From positions 64,001-128,000 of the forward strand of contig CAVUWV010000015.1 of the NCBI GenBank assembly GCA_963745075.1: 64,000 bases of DNA, read 5' to 3'. The translations under genes and the position numbers were made by a program. The DNA is from Candidatus Hydrogenedentota bacterium (GTDB taxonomy: Bacteria; Hydrogenedentota; Hydrogenedentia; Hydrogenedentales; SLHB01). This document shows positions 39,544 to 50,115 of this stretch, piece by piece. Under the pieces are notes generated by a model. That model made no database searches. It worked only from the letters and a program-made list of their open reading frames with translations, and had not been told where the DNA came from. How positions within the stretch are numbered: position 1 is the stretch's first letter; each line of letters begins with the position of its first letter.

Positions 39544-40008
39544 CTAATACCTTCCTTTCGGACCCGCGCTGTGGCCCGGTGGCCGGACCTGGGGCGCAAC
39601 GCCTTTGCGCAGCGCTTCCCGCTTGGGGCCGGACTTTTGTGTCGTCATAGGCCGAAGCCGAACCATGAGAATGAAGGCCCCGACGACAAACACGACTTCA
39701 ATCCAGAATACCCAGCCCGGCTTATACAGGTCCCGCCTCCAGAATTCAATGAGGGGGGTTTCCCAACCCGCGTGCACGCGCTGGTCCTTGAGCATTTTCA
39801 TCTGCGATTCGAAGTTAAACCACTCGGCGACCGCGATGATGTAATGAAGCACGATGTGAAACGCCGCGGAGTACAAACACAGCTCAAGCCCCCACTGGAT
39901 CACGGGCAGGGTCCATTTCCGCGTAAAAAAGATGAGGGTTACGACGAATGCCGCACCGGCGCCGTACTCCACGAGGTGCTCTTGGATGTGGGCAATTAGA
40001 GATTCCAT
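39544..40008 (-). CDS. Hypothetical membrane protein
   Basis: 154 aa, about 3 hydrophobic segments, GAGAGG RBS, 3 bp upstream of the aldolase. Confidence 0.7.
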   Translation of the reverse strand: MESLIAHIQEHLVEYGAGAAFVVTLIFFTRKWTLPVIQWGLELCLYSAAFHIVLHYIIAVAEWFNFESQMKMLKDQRVHAGWETPLIEFWRRDLYKPGWVFWIEVVFVVGAFILMVRLRPMTTQKSGPKREALRKGVAPQVRPPGHSAGPKGRY

Positions 40009-40145
40009 GGTCCTCTCCCAAGCCTTAGTCCCAAGCGCGATTGTACCACGAAGCGCGAATTCCACAAAATGTACGGTTCTGTAACGTGTTGTCCTGACGC
40101 GGAATTCGCCGCCGGCACTTGGCCTTGCCTCACCATGCGATCGGA

Positions 40146-40175
40146 TTGGGAACTTCCCAACCTATCTGGTATAAT
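40146..40175 (+). promoter_or_regulatory. greA promoter with overlapping palindrome
   Basis: Extended -10 TGgTATAAT (40167-40175); palindrome TTGGGAACTTCCCAA (40146-40160) over the -35 region. Confidence 0.6.
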
Positions 40176-40275
40176 GTGGCTCCGACAGCGGATTAAGGTA
40201 TACACTCCCTGGTACCTTTGGGAGTAAGTCACGTGCGGCGGTAGCTCCGTCAAACCCCAGGAATCGATTGCTCTC

Positions 40276-40743
40276 ATGGATAAACTCTACGTATCCGAGG
40301 ACGGCCTTGCGAAAATGAAGGCGGAACTGGCGAGCTGTAAATCGCGGCGCATGGAAGTCGCCGCGATTATCGAACATGCGCGCGAGTTCGGCGATTTGCG
40401 GGAAAACGCGGACTACCACGCGGCCAAAGAAGAGCAGGCGATGCTGCATGCCCGCATTCGCGATATCGAAGATAAAATCGCGCGTTCCGTCACCTTGGAA
40501 GGTCATGATATCGATACGAGCAAGGCATACGTCGGGGCGACGGTCCGTGTGCTGAATACGAAGACCAAGAAAGAGTTCACCTATATTCTTGTGAGCGCGG
40601 TCGAGGCGGACATGGCGAACGGCAAGATTTCCGTTCGTTCGCCCGTTGGAAAAGCCCTCCTGGGGAAGGCCGTCGGGGAAGTGGCTACGGCCAAAGTTCC
40701 CGCGGGCGCCATCGATTTTGAGATTTTGGAAATTACCCGCTAA
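40276..40743 (+). CDS. greA: Transcription elongation factor GreA
   Basis: AREFGDLRENADYHAAKEEQ, ISVRSPVGKALLGK. Confidence 0.97.
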   Translation: MDKLYVSEDGLAKMKAELASCKSRRMEVAAIIEHAREFGDLRENADYHAAKEEQAMLHARIRDIEDKIARSVTLEGHDIDTSKAYVGATVRVLNTKTKKEFTYILVSAVEADMANGKISVRSPVGKALLGKAVGEVATAKVPAGAIDFEILEITR

Positions 40744-40838
40744 CGCGGAATGAACCCCCTGCCGCCGGGACCGGGGAACAGCTCCGTCGCTGTGTCCGAG
40801 GTTGGACTCCCGGAGGGGAATGACGCACTCGAGGATCC

Positions 40839-43800
40839 ATGCCGAAACGAACCGACCTACACAAGATCTTCATCATCGGCTCGGGGCCCATTGTCATTGG
40901 ACAGGCCTGCGAGTTCGATTACTCCGGCACACAGGCCTGTAAGGCCCTTCGCGAGGAGGGATTCGAGGTCGTCCTGGTCAACAGCAACCCCGCCACGATC
41001 ATGACGGACCCCGAGACGGCGGATCGAACCTATATCGAGCCGCTTACGGTCGAAATCCTCGAACGGATCATCGAACGGGAGCGTCCCGATGCACTGTTGC
41101 CGACCGTCGGCGGACAGACCGCGCTGAACCTGGCGGTAAAACTCGCCGAATCGGGCGTGCTCGACCGGCTTGGGTGCGAATTGATCGGAGCGAAGCTCCC
41201 GGCAATTCAAAAAGCCGAGGACCGCGGCCTGTTCAAGGAAGCGATCGTGCAATGTGGCCTCGAGGTTCCGCGCAGCCAGGTGGTTCGTACCCTGGACGAA
41301 GCCCGCTCCTTTGGCGCCGAACTCGGGTATAAGGCGATCATCCGGCCCGCGTTCACGCTGGGGGGGAGCGGTGCGGGCGTTTCCTTCAATAAGGACGAAT
41401 ACGATCGCGTGGTCTCGTGGGGGCTCGAGGCCAGCCCGGTCACCGAGGTGCTCGTCGAGGAATCCGTTCTCGGGTGGAAAGAATTCGAACTCGAGGTTAT
41501 GCGCGACTTGCGCGACAACGTCGTTATTATCTGTTCCATCGAAAACGTCGACCCGATGGGTGTACATACGGGCGACAGCATTACCGTCGCGCCTGCACAG
41601 ACGCTGACCGACAAAGAATATCAGCTTATGCGGGACGCGTCGATCCGGATTATCCGCGAGATCGGCGTCGAAACCGGTGGGTCAAATATCCAGTTTGCCG
41701 TCGACCCGAAAACCGGGCGCATGGTGGTTATCGAAATGAACCCGCGCGTGTCGCGGAGTTCGGCCCTGGCATCCAAGGCCACAGGATTTCCCATCGCCAA
41801 GATCGCGGCCAAGCTCGCGGTGGGCTACAGCCTGGACGAGATCCCGAATGACATCACGCGCGAAACGCCCGCCTCCTTCGAGCCCACCATCGACTATTGT
41901 GTGACCAAGATCCCGCGCTGGGCCTTCGAGAAGTTCCCGGGATCGAGTACCGAGCTGACCGTGCAGATGAAAAGCGTGGGCGAAGCCATGAGCATCGGCC
42001 GCACCTTCAAGGAGTCCCTCCAAAAGGGCCTGCGTTCCCTCGAAATCGGCCGCTTCGGTCTCGGAGCGGACGGCAAGGACAAGACCTTTACCGGCGACGC
42101 GGAGTCGCTGGCGGAAAAGGATGCGCTGCTGAAGTCTATCCAGACGCCGGTGCCGGACCGCATTCTCCAAGTCGCCCGCGCCTTCCGGGCGGGAGCGACG
42201 GTTGACGAGATCTTCGCTGCGACCATGATCGATCCCTGGTTTCTGCGGAACATGCGCGAGATTGTCGAGGAAGAACGGGCCTTGGCCCAAGCCAATCCCG
42301 ATGACGCCCTGACGCTGCGCCGCGCCAAGGAACTTGGTTTTTCTGATATCCAGTTGGGGCATTTGTGGAAGATGGATCCTCTCGCGGTTCGGGCGTTGCG
42401 CAAAAAGCACCACGTGGTTGCCACCTACAAGCTGGTTGACACCTGCGCCGCCGAGTTCGAGGCGTATACGCCCTATTACTATTCCACGTACAGCGACGAG
42501 GACGAAGTGCGGCCGACGGACAAAGACAAGATCATGATCCTCGGCGGCGGTCCGAATCGTATCGGCCAGGGTATCGAGTTCGACTATTGCTGCGTCCACG
42601 CCGCCTTCGCGCTGAAAGAGGATGGCTTCGAAACCATCATGGTCAACAGCAATCCCGAGACCGTATCCACCGACTACGACACCTCGGACCGGTTGTACTT
42701 CGAGCCGGTTACGCTGGAGGACGTGCTCAACATCAACGACCGGGAGAAACCCAAAGGCGTCATCGTGCAGTTCGGCGGTCAGACGCCGCTGAATCTGGCG
42801 CAGGCGTTAGAGAAGGCTGGGGTCCCCATCATCGGTACATCGCCGACCAGCATCGCCCGTGCGGAGGATCGGAAAGAGTTCCGGGAACTGGTCCAGAAAC
42901 TGAACCTGCTGCAACCCGAAAACGAGACCGCCGTCTCCGCCGAGGAAGCCCATGCCATCGCGGATGACATTGGATTCCCCGTCGTTGTGCGGCCTTCATT
43001 CGTCCTGGGTGGCCGCGCCATGGAAATCGTTTACGACCACACGGCCCTCGACCGGTATATGACCCACGCCGTGGAAGCGTCTCCCGAACACCCCGTTCTG
43101 ATTGACAAATTCATCGAAGGCGCCATCGAAATTGACGTCGACGCCTTGTCCGACGGAGAAGACGTGGTCGTGGCGGGTATCATGCAACACATCGAAGAAG
43201 CCGGCGTCCATTCCGGGGATAGCGCCTGCATCCTGCCGCCGTACGACCTCGATCCGGAGATTGTCGAGCGGATCAAGGAACAAACCCGTGCCTTGGCCCG
43301 GGAATTGAACGTCGTCGGGCTGATGAACATCCAGTTTGCCGTGCTCGACGACCGGATTTTCCTGTTAGAGGTCAACCCGCGGGCATCGCGAACGGTTCCC
43401 TTCGTAAGCAAAGCCACAGGCATTCCCGTCGCCAAGATTGCGGCGCGGGTCATGGCGGGCAAGACCCTGCGCGAACTGGGCGTCACCGAGGACCCGCAGC
43501 CGGACAGCGTCAGCGCGAAGGAAGTCGTCTTACCCTTCATCAAGTTCCCGGGGGTCGACATCCTCCTCGGTCCCGAGATGCGGAGCACCGGTGAAGTGAT
43601 GGGAATCGATACGTCCATGGGCATGGCGTATGCCAAGAGCCAGATCGCCGCGGGCAATCGGGTGCCCACCGAAGGCACGGTGTTCTTGAGTCTCAACGAC
43701 CGCGACAAAGAGTTGATGGGCGATTTGCCGAAGGAACTGTCGAGTCTCGGATTCAAGATTATCGCCACGGAAGGCACGGCGGCGAAATTGCGCGGTCTGG

Positions 43801-44087
43801 GCATCGAGGTCGAAGAGGTCTATAAGGTCGGTGAACGGCGGCCGCATGTGGTGGATCGTATGATCAACGGCGACATCGATTGGATTATCAACACGCCCAT
43901 GGGTGTAGAATCCAAGTCGGATGAGCGGGCCATTCGACGCACGGCCTTGGAGCGGGGGCTGCCGACCATGACGACGCTGGCAGCGGCGCGCGCGGCGATT
44001 CTCGGGATTCGGGCCATGCGCAAAGGAACGGCGACGGTACGGTCCCTGCAAGAGTACCATGCCGACTCCGGGTGCGCTTTGCACTAA
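40839..44087 (+). CDS. carB: Carbamoyl-phosphate synthase large subunit
   Basis: MPKRTD...[17 protein letters not shown], duplicated ATP-grasp domains, C-terminal MGS domain; 1082 aa. Confidence 0.98.
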   Translation: MPKRTDLHKIFIIGSGPIVIGQACEFDYSGTQACKALREEGFEVVLVNSNPATIMTDPETADRTYIEPLTVEILERIIERERPDALLPTVGGQTALNLAVKLAESGVLDRLGCELIGAKLPAIQKAEDRGLFKEAIVQCGLEVPRSQVVRTLDEARSFGAELGYKAIIRPAFTLGGSGAGVSFNKDEYDRVVSWGLEASPVTEVLVEESVLGWKEFELEVMRDLRDNVVIICSIENVDPMGVHTGDSITVAPAQTLTDKEYQLMRDASIRIIREIGVETGGSNIQFAVDPKTGRMVVIEMNPRVSRSSALASKATGFPIAKIAAKLAVGYSLDEIPNDITRETPASFEPTIDYCVTKIPRWAFEKFPGSSTELTVQMKSVGEAMSIGRTFKESLQKGLRSLEIGRFGLGADGKDKTFTGDAESLAEKDALLKSIQTPVPDRILQVARAFRAGATVDEIFAATMIDPWFLRNMREIVEEERALAQANPDDALTLRRAKELGFSDIQLGHLWKMDPLAVRALRKKHHVVATYKLVDTCAAEFEAYTPYYYSTYSDEDEVRPTDKDKIMILGGGPNRIGQGIEFDYCCVHAAFALKEDGFETIMVNSNPETVSTDYDTSDRLYFEPVTLEDVLNINDREKPKGVIVQFGGQTPLNLAQALEKAGVPIIGTSPTSIARAEDRKEFRELVQKLNLLQPENETAVSAEEAHAIADDIGFPVVVRPSFVLGGRAMEIVYDHTALDRYMTHAVEASPEHPVLIDKFIEGAIEIDVDALSDGEDVVVAGIMQHIEEAGVHSGDSACILPPYDLDPEIVERIKEQTRALARELNVVGLMNIQFAVLDDRIFLLEVNPRASRTVPFVSKATGIPVAKIAARVMAGKTLRELGVTEDPQPDSVSAKEVVLPFIKFPGVDILLGPEMRSTGEVMGIDTSMGMAYAKSQIAAGNRVPTEGTVFLSLNDRDKELMGDLPKELSSLGFKIIATEGTAAKLRGLGIEVEEVYKVGERRPHVVDRMINGDIDWIINTPMGVESKSDERAIRRTALERGLPTMTTLAAARAAILGIRAMRKGTATVRSLQEYHADSGCALH

Positions 44088-44129
44088 CGCGCGGCGAGTC
44101 CTGCGCCGGACGCTGCGAATGGGGTGGTC

Positions 44130-44972
44130 ATGACAACCGGACGTTTGTTCGTGGTCGCGACTCCGATCGGAAACCTGGGCGACATGTCCCCGCGCGCGGT
44201 GGACGTACTGCAGAGTGTCGACCTCGTCGCGGCGGAAGATACACGCCACTCCAAGAGGTTGCTTACCCACTTCCACATTCACACGCCACTTACCAGTTAT
44301 CACGAGCACAACGAGACAACGAAAACGGAGACGCTAGTCGCGACACTGGTCGAAGGCAAGAATCTTGCCCTCATCAGCGATGCGGGGACTCCGTGTATCT
44401 CCGATCCTGGATATCGCCTCGTTCGCGCCGCACAGGATGCCGGAATCGACGTGGTGGCAGTTCCCGGCGCTTCGGCCGTATTGGCGGCATTGGCCATCAG
44501 CGGTCTTCCAACCGACCGGTTTTCGTATCACGGGTTCTTCCCCCGAAAACCGCGGGCGGCAGAATCGCTGATTGAAACGATCGTGCGAATGGGAGGGACC
44601 CATGTTGTCTTGGAGGCGCCCAACCGTTTGGTGGACACCTTGAACCTGATTGTCCGGGTTGCCCCGGCCGATACGGAAGCCTGCGTAACCCGGGAACTCA
44701 CCAAAGTCCACGAAGAATGCCGGAGGAGTTCGCCCCGGGAACTTGCGCAACATTTCGCCGCAAACCCACCGCGCGGCGAATGCGTGCTTCTGATGTACAT
44801 CCCCGCGCGTGAAGCCACGGCCGCCATGCCCCCGCCCGAGCGCATTCGGGAAATGGTCGAGTCGCTCATGGCGGAAGAAAACCTGTCGCGCCGCGATGCC
44901 GTTCGCAGGCTCGCAGCCGAGTTGGGGCTTCCTCGAAATGCCGTGTACGCGGCCGCGCAGGGGACAGAATGA
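44130..44972 (+). CDS. rsmI: 16S rRNA (cytidine(1402)-2'-O)-methyltransferase
   Basis: VATPIGNLGD, AAEDTR, SDAGTPCISDPG, RELTKVHEE, RGECV. Confidence 0.96.
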   Translation: MTTGRLFVVATPIGNLGDMSPRAVDVLQSVDLVAAEDTRHSKRLLTHFHIHTPLTSYHEHNETTKTETLVATLVEGKNLALISDAGTPCISDPGYRLVRAAQDAGIDVVAVPGASAVLAALAISGLPTDRFSYHGFFPRKPRAAESLIETIVRMGGTHVVLEAPNRLVDTLNLIVRVAPADTEACVTRELTKVHEECRRSSPRELAQHFAANPPRGECVLLMYIPAREATAAMPPPERIREMVESLMAEENLSRRDAVRRLAAELGLPRNAVYAAAQGTE

Positions 44973-46207
44973 ACGAGGCCGCGCGTATCGGGATTCCGTT
45001 GGCGATCGAGCGGATGGCGCTGGCTATCCGGTACGTCACCTATTTTCTACTCATCGCGCTCGTCGGGCTCGGGTACATTACTGGAAACCGCCAAGATATC
45101 GCCACCATCACGGCCTTGCTGGTCTTTCATCATGCGTTTGTGCACACCGTATTGTGGACCAAGCGGTACGACCTGCTCTTCACTCGCTTTAATTTCCTCG
45201 TGAATTTCATCGAAGTGTCGGCCGTCGTGGTATTAACCGGGGCCGATACGAGCGCAGCCTATCTCCTCTATTTTCCCTTCATGGTCGGGTTCAGCGCCTA
45301 CGAACGCCGGTTCCGGCGCGTACTCTTCAATGCCTTTCTCTGTATGCTCAGCTACATTCTTGCGGTCCTGTTCGAAACATGGAACGTCGGATTGGAAGAG
45401 CAAACCGGCGTTCTGATAGTGAAGGTTCTGTACATTCTCTTCACTGGCTGGTTGGTTGCCGTGCTGTCCGAGCGTTTGCGCAAAGCAGAAGAAAATGAGT
45501 CTAGCCATGCGGCGCAGTTGGCCTCTTCGGAAGCAACACTTCGAACGATCCTGGACAACGCCGGCGATCCCATAATCGTCTTCGATGAAAATGAATTCAT
45601 CGCCGAAGCCAACGCCCGTGCCTCCGAGTTCTTGATGGTGCCGCCCGATAAACTCGTGGGGCAGCGCATACGCGCATTCATCTTCGACGACGGCACCCTG
45701 GCGCACAAGTTCGCGAATCTTCGGGTGCGAGGAGAGGGACAAAGCGAGGAGGTCTTCCTCAACGCGGAAGGCGAAGAACGTTCCGTGGATATGGTCGTTC
45801 GCACGTACGTTCGCGCACGCAATCGGTACTACGTCGCGATAATTCGGGACGTGACGGATCGCAAGGAACTGCAGGAGGCGACGCGGCTCGCAAACGCACA
45901 GCTCGATCGACTGAACAGCGAACTGCGGCAGGTGGAGCGCCTGAAGACCAATTTCCTGACGTCCATCTCCCGAAACATGCGTTCGCCGCTCTCTGCGGTG
46001 TCGGGGTACGTCGAAATGCTGTTGGAGGAAGAACTCGGTGAGATCAACGTCGAGCAACGAAAAGCCCTGCAAACCTGCCGGCGCGGCTTGCTGCGCGTGT
46101 TCCGATTGATTGACGAGGCCCTCGACCTACACCGGCTCGAAACCAAGCGGTCGCAAATCGCCGCATCGCGCGAGGACACCGCACCGCGCGATAAGGTGGA
46201 TCGCTGA
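44969..46207 (+). CDS. Membrane PAS + HisKA-like protein lacking the phosphoacceptor His and the ATPase domain
   Basis: About 5-6 TM, PAS (LRTILDNAGDPI...IIRDVTDRK), H-box-like FLTSISRNMRSPL, then stop. Confidence 0.8.
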   Translation: MNEAARIGIPLAIERMALAIRYVTYFLLIALVGLGYITGNRQDIATITALLVFHHAFVHTVLWTKRYDLLFTRFNFLVNFIEVSAVVVLTGADTSAAYLLYFPFMVGFSAYERRFRRVLFNAFLCMLSYILAVLFETWNVGLEEQTGVLIVKVLYILFTGWLVAVLSERLRKAEENESSHAAQLASSEATLRTILDNAGDPIIVFDENEFIAEANARASEFLMVPPDKLVGQRIRAFIFDDGTLAHKFANLRVRGEGQSEEVFLNAEGEERSVDMVVRTYVRARNRYYVAIIRDVTDRKELQEATRLANAQLDRLNSELRQVERLKTNFLTSISRNMRSPLSAVSGYVEMLLEEELGEINVEQRKALQTCRRGLLRVFRLIDEALDLHRLETKRSQIAASREDTAPRDKVDR

Positions 46208-46217
46208 TTGCTTCGGG

Positions 46218-48671
46218 TTAAAAAGTTCCGTATGGATCGAGGTCGATCTTCAGCCGGACCCGTGCGGGAGGCTGGGTCTCGAAAGCATCGCGCACCGCAC
46301 GGCTCAGTTGATTGATGCGTTTGGCGCTCTTCGATAGGACCCCGAGATTCCATCGATACTTTTTCTTCACCCGGCGAACCGTCGCAGGCGAGGGGCCCAG
46401 AATCTCGATACCCTGGAATCCGAGTTCGTCGATCGTGTTCTTCACCAGCCGATGGAGAATCGCCACGGCACGGGCGGCTTCCTCAGGGTCTTCACACTCG
46501 ATCATTAAATTTGCCATCCGGCGAAACGGCGGATACTGCGCGTTTCGCCGTTCGACAATTTCGCGTTCGTAGAAGACCGCGTAATCATGCTGCGCCGCGG
46601 ACTGAAGCGCGTAATGGTGGGGGCGATACGTCTGAATCAATACATTGCCGGGACGCTCGCCGCGCCCGGCGCGCCCGGCCACTTGTGTCAGCAACTGAAA
46701 CGTATTCTCCGCCGCACGAAAGTCCGGAAGCGCCAGCCCGGTATCCGCATTGATGACGCCGACCAGCGTAACCCCCGGGTAGTCGTGACCCTTCGCGATC
46801 ATCTGTGTGCCGATTAAAATGTCGATGGCCCCCTCGGCCAACCGGCCCAGTATTTTCGCATGGCCGCCTTTTCCTGACGTCGTATCCGCGTCCATGCGTT
46901 CGACCCGGGCGTTGGGAAAAGCCCGCATCAGGTAATCTTCGACACGTTGCGTGCCCGTGCCGAGGTACAAAAGCGGATTGAAGTGACACTCGTCGCAAAC
47001 GAGCGGAATTTGCCGGCGCCCGTTGCAGTAATGGCAGTTCAGGTACGCCCCCTTCGCGTGGTACGTGAGCGTGACATTGCAGTCGGGACACTCCGCCACC
47101 CAGCCGCATTGTGGACACAGGACGAACGGGGCGAACCCTCGGCGATTGAGCAACAGCAACACTTGTTCGCCCGCTTTCACTCGTCCCTGAACCGCTTCTT
47201 CGAGCCGTCGGGACAGGATAACGTTCGAGCCGGTTTCTCGCGATTCCACCCGCATGTCGATCAGTTGAACGTCGGGCAGTTTTGCGCGCGTGGCCCGTTG
47301 GTTTAGAACGAGGCGGTGTGATTTCCCCGACTCGCTGTTGTAGTGCGACTCGATAGAAGGCGTTGCCGACCCAAGCACGCACACGGCGTCATTGCGTTGC
47401 GCGCGCATGATGGCCACATCGCGCGCGTGGTACCGCGGCGTTTCCGACTGTTTGTACGACGAGTCGTGTTCCTCATCGACGACGATAATGCCCACATTGG
47501 GCAAGGGAGCGAAAATCGCTGATCGGGCCCCCACCACGATCCGCACTTCGCCACGGTGGGCGCGCCGCCATTCGTCGTACCGTTCGCCCGCGCCCAGGCC
47601 GCTATGCAACACCGCGATATCGGTGGCAAAACGGGCTTTGAACCGGCCCACGGTCTGTGGAGTCAACGAGATCTCCGGAACCAGAATGATGGCGTCGCGC
47701 CCCTGCGCCAACACGAATTCGATGGCCTGCAGGTACACCTCGGTTTTACCGCTTCCCGTGATGCCTTGCAGGAGAAACGTGCGAAACATCCGCTCGCGTA
47801 CGGTTCCGGCAATCGCGTCGAAGGCCGCCATCTGCTCCGAATTCAACTGGTGTTTGTGCCCGGCGTCCCCGGCCCCGGCGTAGTGAGGCGTCCGATAGTA
47901 CTCACGTTCCATGCGCTCGATGAGTCCGCGGGATTCCAATTGGCGCAGAATGGACGCATTGACCCCGTGCTTTTCGTACAAGTGGGCGGCCAACCGCTCC
48001 GGTTCGCCGTTCAACAGGTCCAGGTAGACTGCGGCCTGCTTTGGCGCGCGTCGTTGCAGCCGCTCCAGGTCCTCCTGAGAAGGTATGGTGCCTTCGATCA
48101 GTTGGACATAGGTTTCCGTCTGTGCGGATACCCCGGTGCTCCCGGCCACTATTTCGGCGCGCACCACGTTCCGGTTTACCAGCGTGCGCAGCGTGTTGCT
48201 CAGCGCCGTTGCCCCGACGGTTTTGGCAAGTTGCTTCTCCGTGAGCGGACCGCGGCGGTGCAATTCTGCGATGACCTTGCGCTGCCGGTCGGTGTACCGC
48301 CCGGTCGCGATCCGATCGAGTTGGAGGACGTAGCGAACCTTGCTGCGCACGGCGATGCCGGCAGGAACGGCACTCTGAAGCGCTTCGCCCCAGGAGCAGC
48401 AGTAGTAATCGGCCATCCACTTGCAAAGTGCGAGCAACTCTGGCGAATACAGGGGCCCTTCGTCCGGCAGGTCGATCAGGGTGCGAACCGATTCCAGTTC
48501 GCAGTTCGCATGCAAGCCGACAATGGTGCCGGTTTCCACGCGTTTCCGAAAGGGGACGACCGCACGCATTCCGGTGCAAATCCGGTGACGCAGCGATGGG
48601 GGAACTCCGTAGGTGAACGGATTGTCTACGGGAACCGGCAGGATCACGTCGGCGAACGCGTTATCGCTCAT
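46218..48671 (-). CDS. priA: Primosomal protein N'
   Basis: GITGSGKTEVY, LVPEISLTPQ, DEEH, NRRGF with four CxxC pairs, GTQMIAKG, QVAGRAGR. Confidence 0.97.
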   Translation of the reverse strand: MSDNAFADVILPVPVDNPFTYGVPPSLRHRICTGMRAVVPFRKRVETGTIVGLHANCELESVRTLIDLPDEGPLYSPELLALCKWMADYYCCSWGEALQSAVPAGIAVRSKVRYVLQLDRIATGRYTDRQRKVIAELHRRGPLTEKQLAKTVGATALSNTLRTLVNRNVVRAEIVAGSTGVSAQTETYVQLIEGTIPSQEDLERLQRRAPKQAAVYLDLLNGEPERLAAHLYEKHGVNASILRQLESRGLIERMEREYYRTPHYAGAGDAGHKHQLNSEQMAAFDAIAGTVRERMFRTFLLQGITGSGKTEVYLQAIEFVLAQGRDAIILVPEISLTPQTVGRFKARFATDIAVLHSGLGAGERYDEWRRAHRGEVRIVVGARSAIFAPLPNVGIIVVDEEHDSSYKQSETPRYHARDVAIMRAQRNDAVCVLGSATPSIESHYNSESGKSHRLVLNQRATRAKLPDVQLIDMRVESRETGSNVILSRRLEEAVQGRVKAGEQVLLLLNRRGFAPFVLCPQCGWVAECPDCNVTLTYHAKGAYLNCHYCNGRRQIPLVCDECHFNPLLYLGTGTQRVEDYLMRAFPNARVERMDADTTSGKGGHAKILGRLAEGAIDILIGTQMIAKGHDYPGVTLVGVINADTGLALPDFRAAENTFQLLTQVAGRAGRGERPGNVLIQTYRPHHYALQSAAQHDYAVFYEREIVERRNAQYPPFRRMANLMIECEDPEEAARAVAILHRLVKNTIDELGFQGIEILGPSPATVRRVKKKYRWNLGVLSKSAKRINQLSRAVRDAFETQPPARVRLKIDLDPYGTF

Positions 48672-48717
48672 GGTTCAGACCCTGCAACGTGCGGCAATGC
48701 GGTTCGATTACGGTTGA

Positions 48718-49332
48718 TTACGATGCGCTCGGCACGGCGTGCTTGCGGGTGCCGCCGCTCCAACGGCTCGCGTCGACAAAGCGTTGCCATACCACCAATT
48801 GGTCTTGCGGCACGCGGGCGCCGAAGTGCGGCATCCAGGCGGGTCTCGCGGGACGTCGCAGCAGGGGCATCCCGGCTTCTTCCGGCGTTCGGTTGCCTTT
48901 GCGCACGTTGCAGTGCAGGCAGGCGACTACCAGGTTCTCCCAGGTGTCGGCGCCGCGCCGCGATTGCGGTATGACGTGATCCAGCGTCAACTGCGATTTT
49001 GGAAAACGCTTGCCACAGTACTGGCAGATTCCCGCGTCCCGCTCGAAAATGCTGTGCCGCGAGAAGCGCACCTCATGACGGATAAACCCGTTGAAGAGTG
49101 TCAGGAGAATGACTTCCGGAATCCGAATGCGTGTCGTCGGCGTGTACACGTACCGGCCGCCGAGTCCATCCTGCGAAAGGACCAACCAGTCCTCGAAGTC
49201 GTGGAGGGAATAGTCGTGCGGATGGACGGCCCGTGCCGCGCCCAGGTAAAGCAGGGAGAGCGCGCGCCGGACGGGGGCGATATGAACCGCCGTCCAGGAC
49301 TTGTTCAGGACAAGTACACTGCCTTCCAACAT
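48718..49332 (-). CDS. HNH endonuclease
   Basis: VLVLN start; RD..CQYCG, TLDHVIPQSR, WENLVVACLHCNVRKG. Confidence 0.93.
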   Translation of the reverse strand: MLEGSVLVLNKSWTAVHIAPVRRALSLLYLGAARAVHPHDYSLHDFEDWLVLSQDGLGGRYVYTPTTRIRIPEVILLTLFNGFIRHEVRFSRHSIFERDAGICQYCGKRFPKSQLTLDHVIPQSRRGADTWENLVVACLHCNVRKGNRTPEEAGMPLLRRPARPAWMPHFGARVPQDQLVVWQRFVDASRWSGGTRKHAVPSAS

Positions 49333-49525
49333 TGCGCCGACTCCAATTTCTACATCAACTACTTCACGTCATCCTCATGCGCCCGTTCCGCTTCGTACCG
49401 CTTACCCAACCGTACAAGACCGGAGGGGCCTCACAAGTATAGGTTTCTTGCGGTGTTCAGTCAAACTGCCATACACGGAATTGTATTGAGCCGATGCACA
49501 TGCGGCGTCGTATAATGCCTCCGAA

Positions 49526-50104
49526 ATGACCGACGAGCACCCGGATAGCCTTATCGAACGATTCACGGCGCAATACCGTGCGCTGGCCGGACACGCCCAT
49601 GTTGTCGCCGATGCCGCGGCGGCCGCCGTGACCGCGCTCGAAATTCTTCGCGACGCGGACGTGGAACAGGTGGCGCTCGCGGCGCTGCCGGCCGCGGTTC
49701 AGGGACCACTGCGTGATGCGCTCGACGCAGCAGGCGTGGCATTCGTCGCCGAACCCTTTCCGGCACATGATCTGCCGGGGCTAATCGACGGGGTTCAAGC
49801 CGGCATCACCGGCGCAACGTTTGCCATTGCCCAGTCCGGCACCCTCGTCGAAGCCTCCACGGATGACGCCGTACGCCTGACGTCGAGTCTCCCGCGCATC
49901 CACATTGGCCTGGTTTTCGCTCGCGACATCGTGCCATCCTTCGAAGACGCGGCCCCACGCTTGCGCGACCTGTTCGCTGCCGAAGCCGGCGGGTGCGCGA
50001 TTACATTCATATCCGGACCCAGTCGAACGGGAGACATCGAACTGAAACTGACTCTGGGCGTGCACGGTCCCGAGACGGCGCACGCCATCGTCATACGGAG
50101 TTAA
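49526..50104 (+). CDS. lutC: LUD domain lactate utilisation protein C
   Basis: AIAQSGTL, SSLPRIH, ISGPSRTGDIELKLTLGVHGP. Confidence 0.88.
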   Translation: MTDEHPDSLIERFTAQYRALAGHAHVVADAAAAAVTALEILRDADVEQVALAALPAAVQGPLRDALDAAGVAFVAEPFPAHDLPGLIDGVQAGITGATFAIAQSGTLVEASTDDAVRLTSSLPRIHIGLVFARDIVPSFEDAAPRLRDLFAAEAGGCAITFISGPSRTGDIELKLTLGVHGPETAHAIVIRS

Positions 50105-50115
50105 GAGGACCACCG

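Noticed and set aside
48718..49332. Anti-phage defence or homing system around the HNH gene
   Set aside because: No partner methylase, ATPase, intron or intein context; neighbours are housekeeping genes
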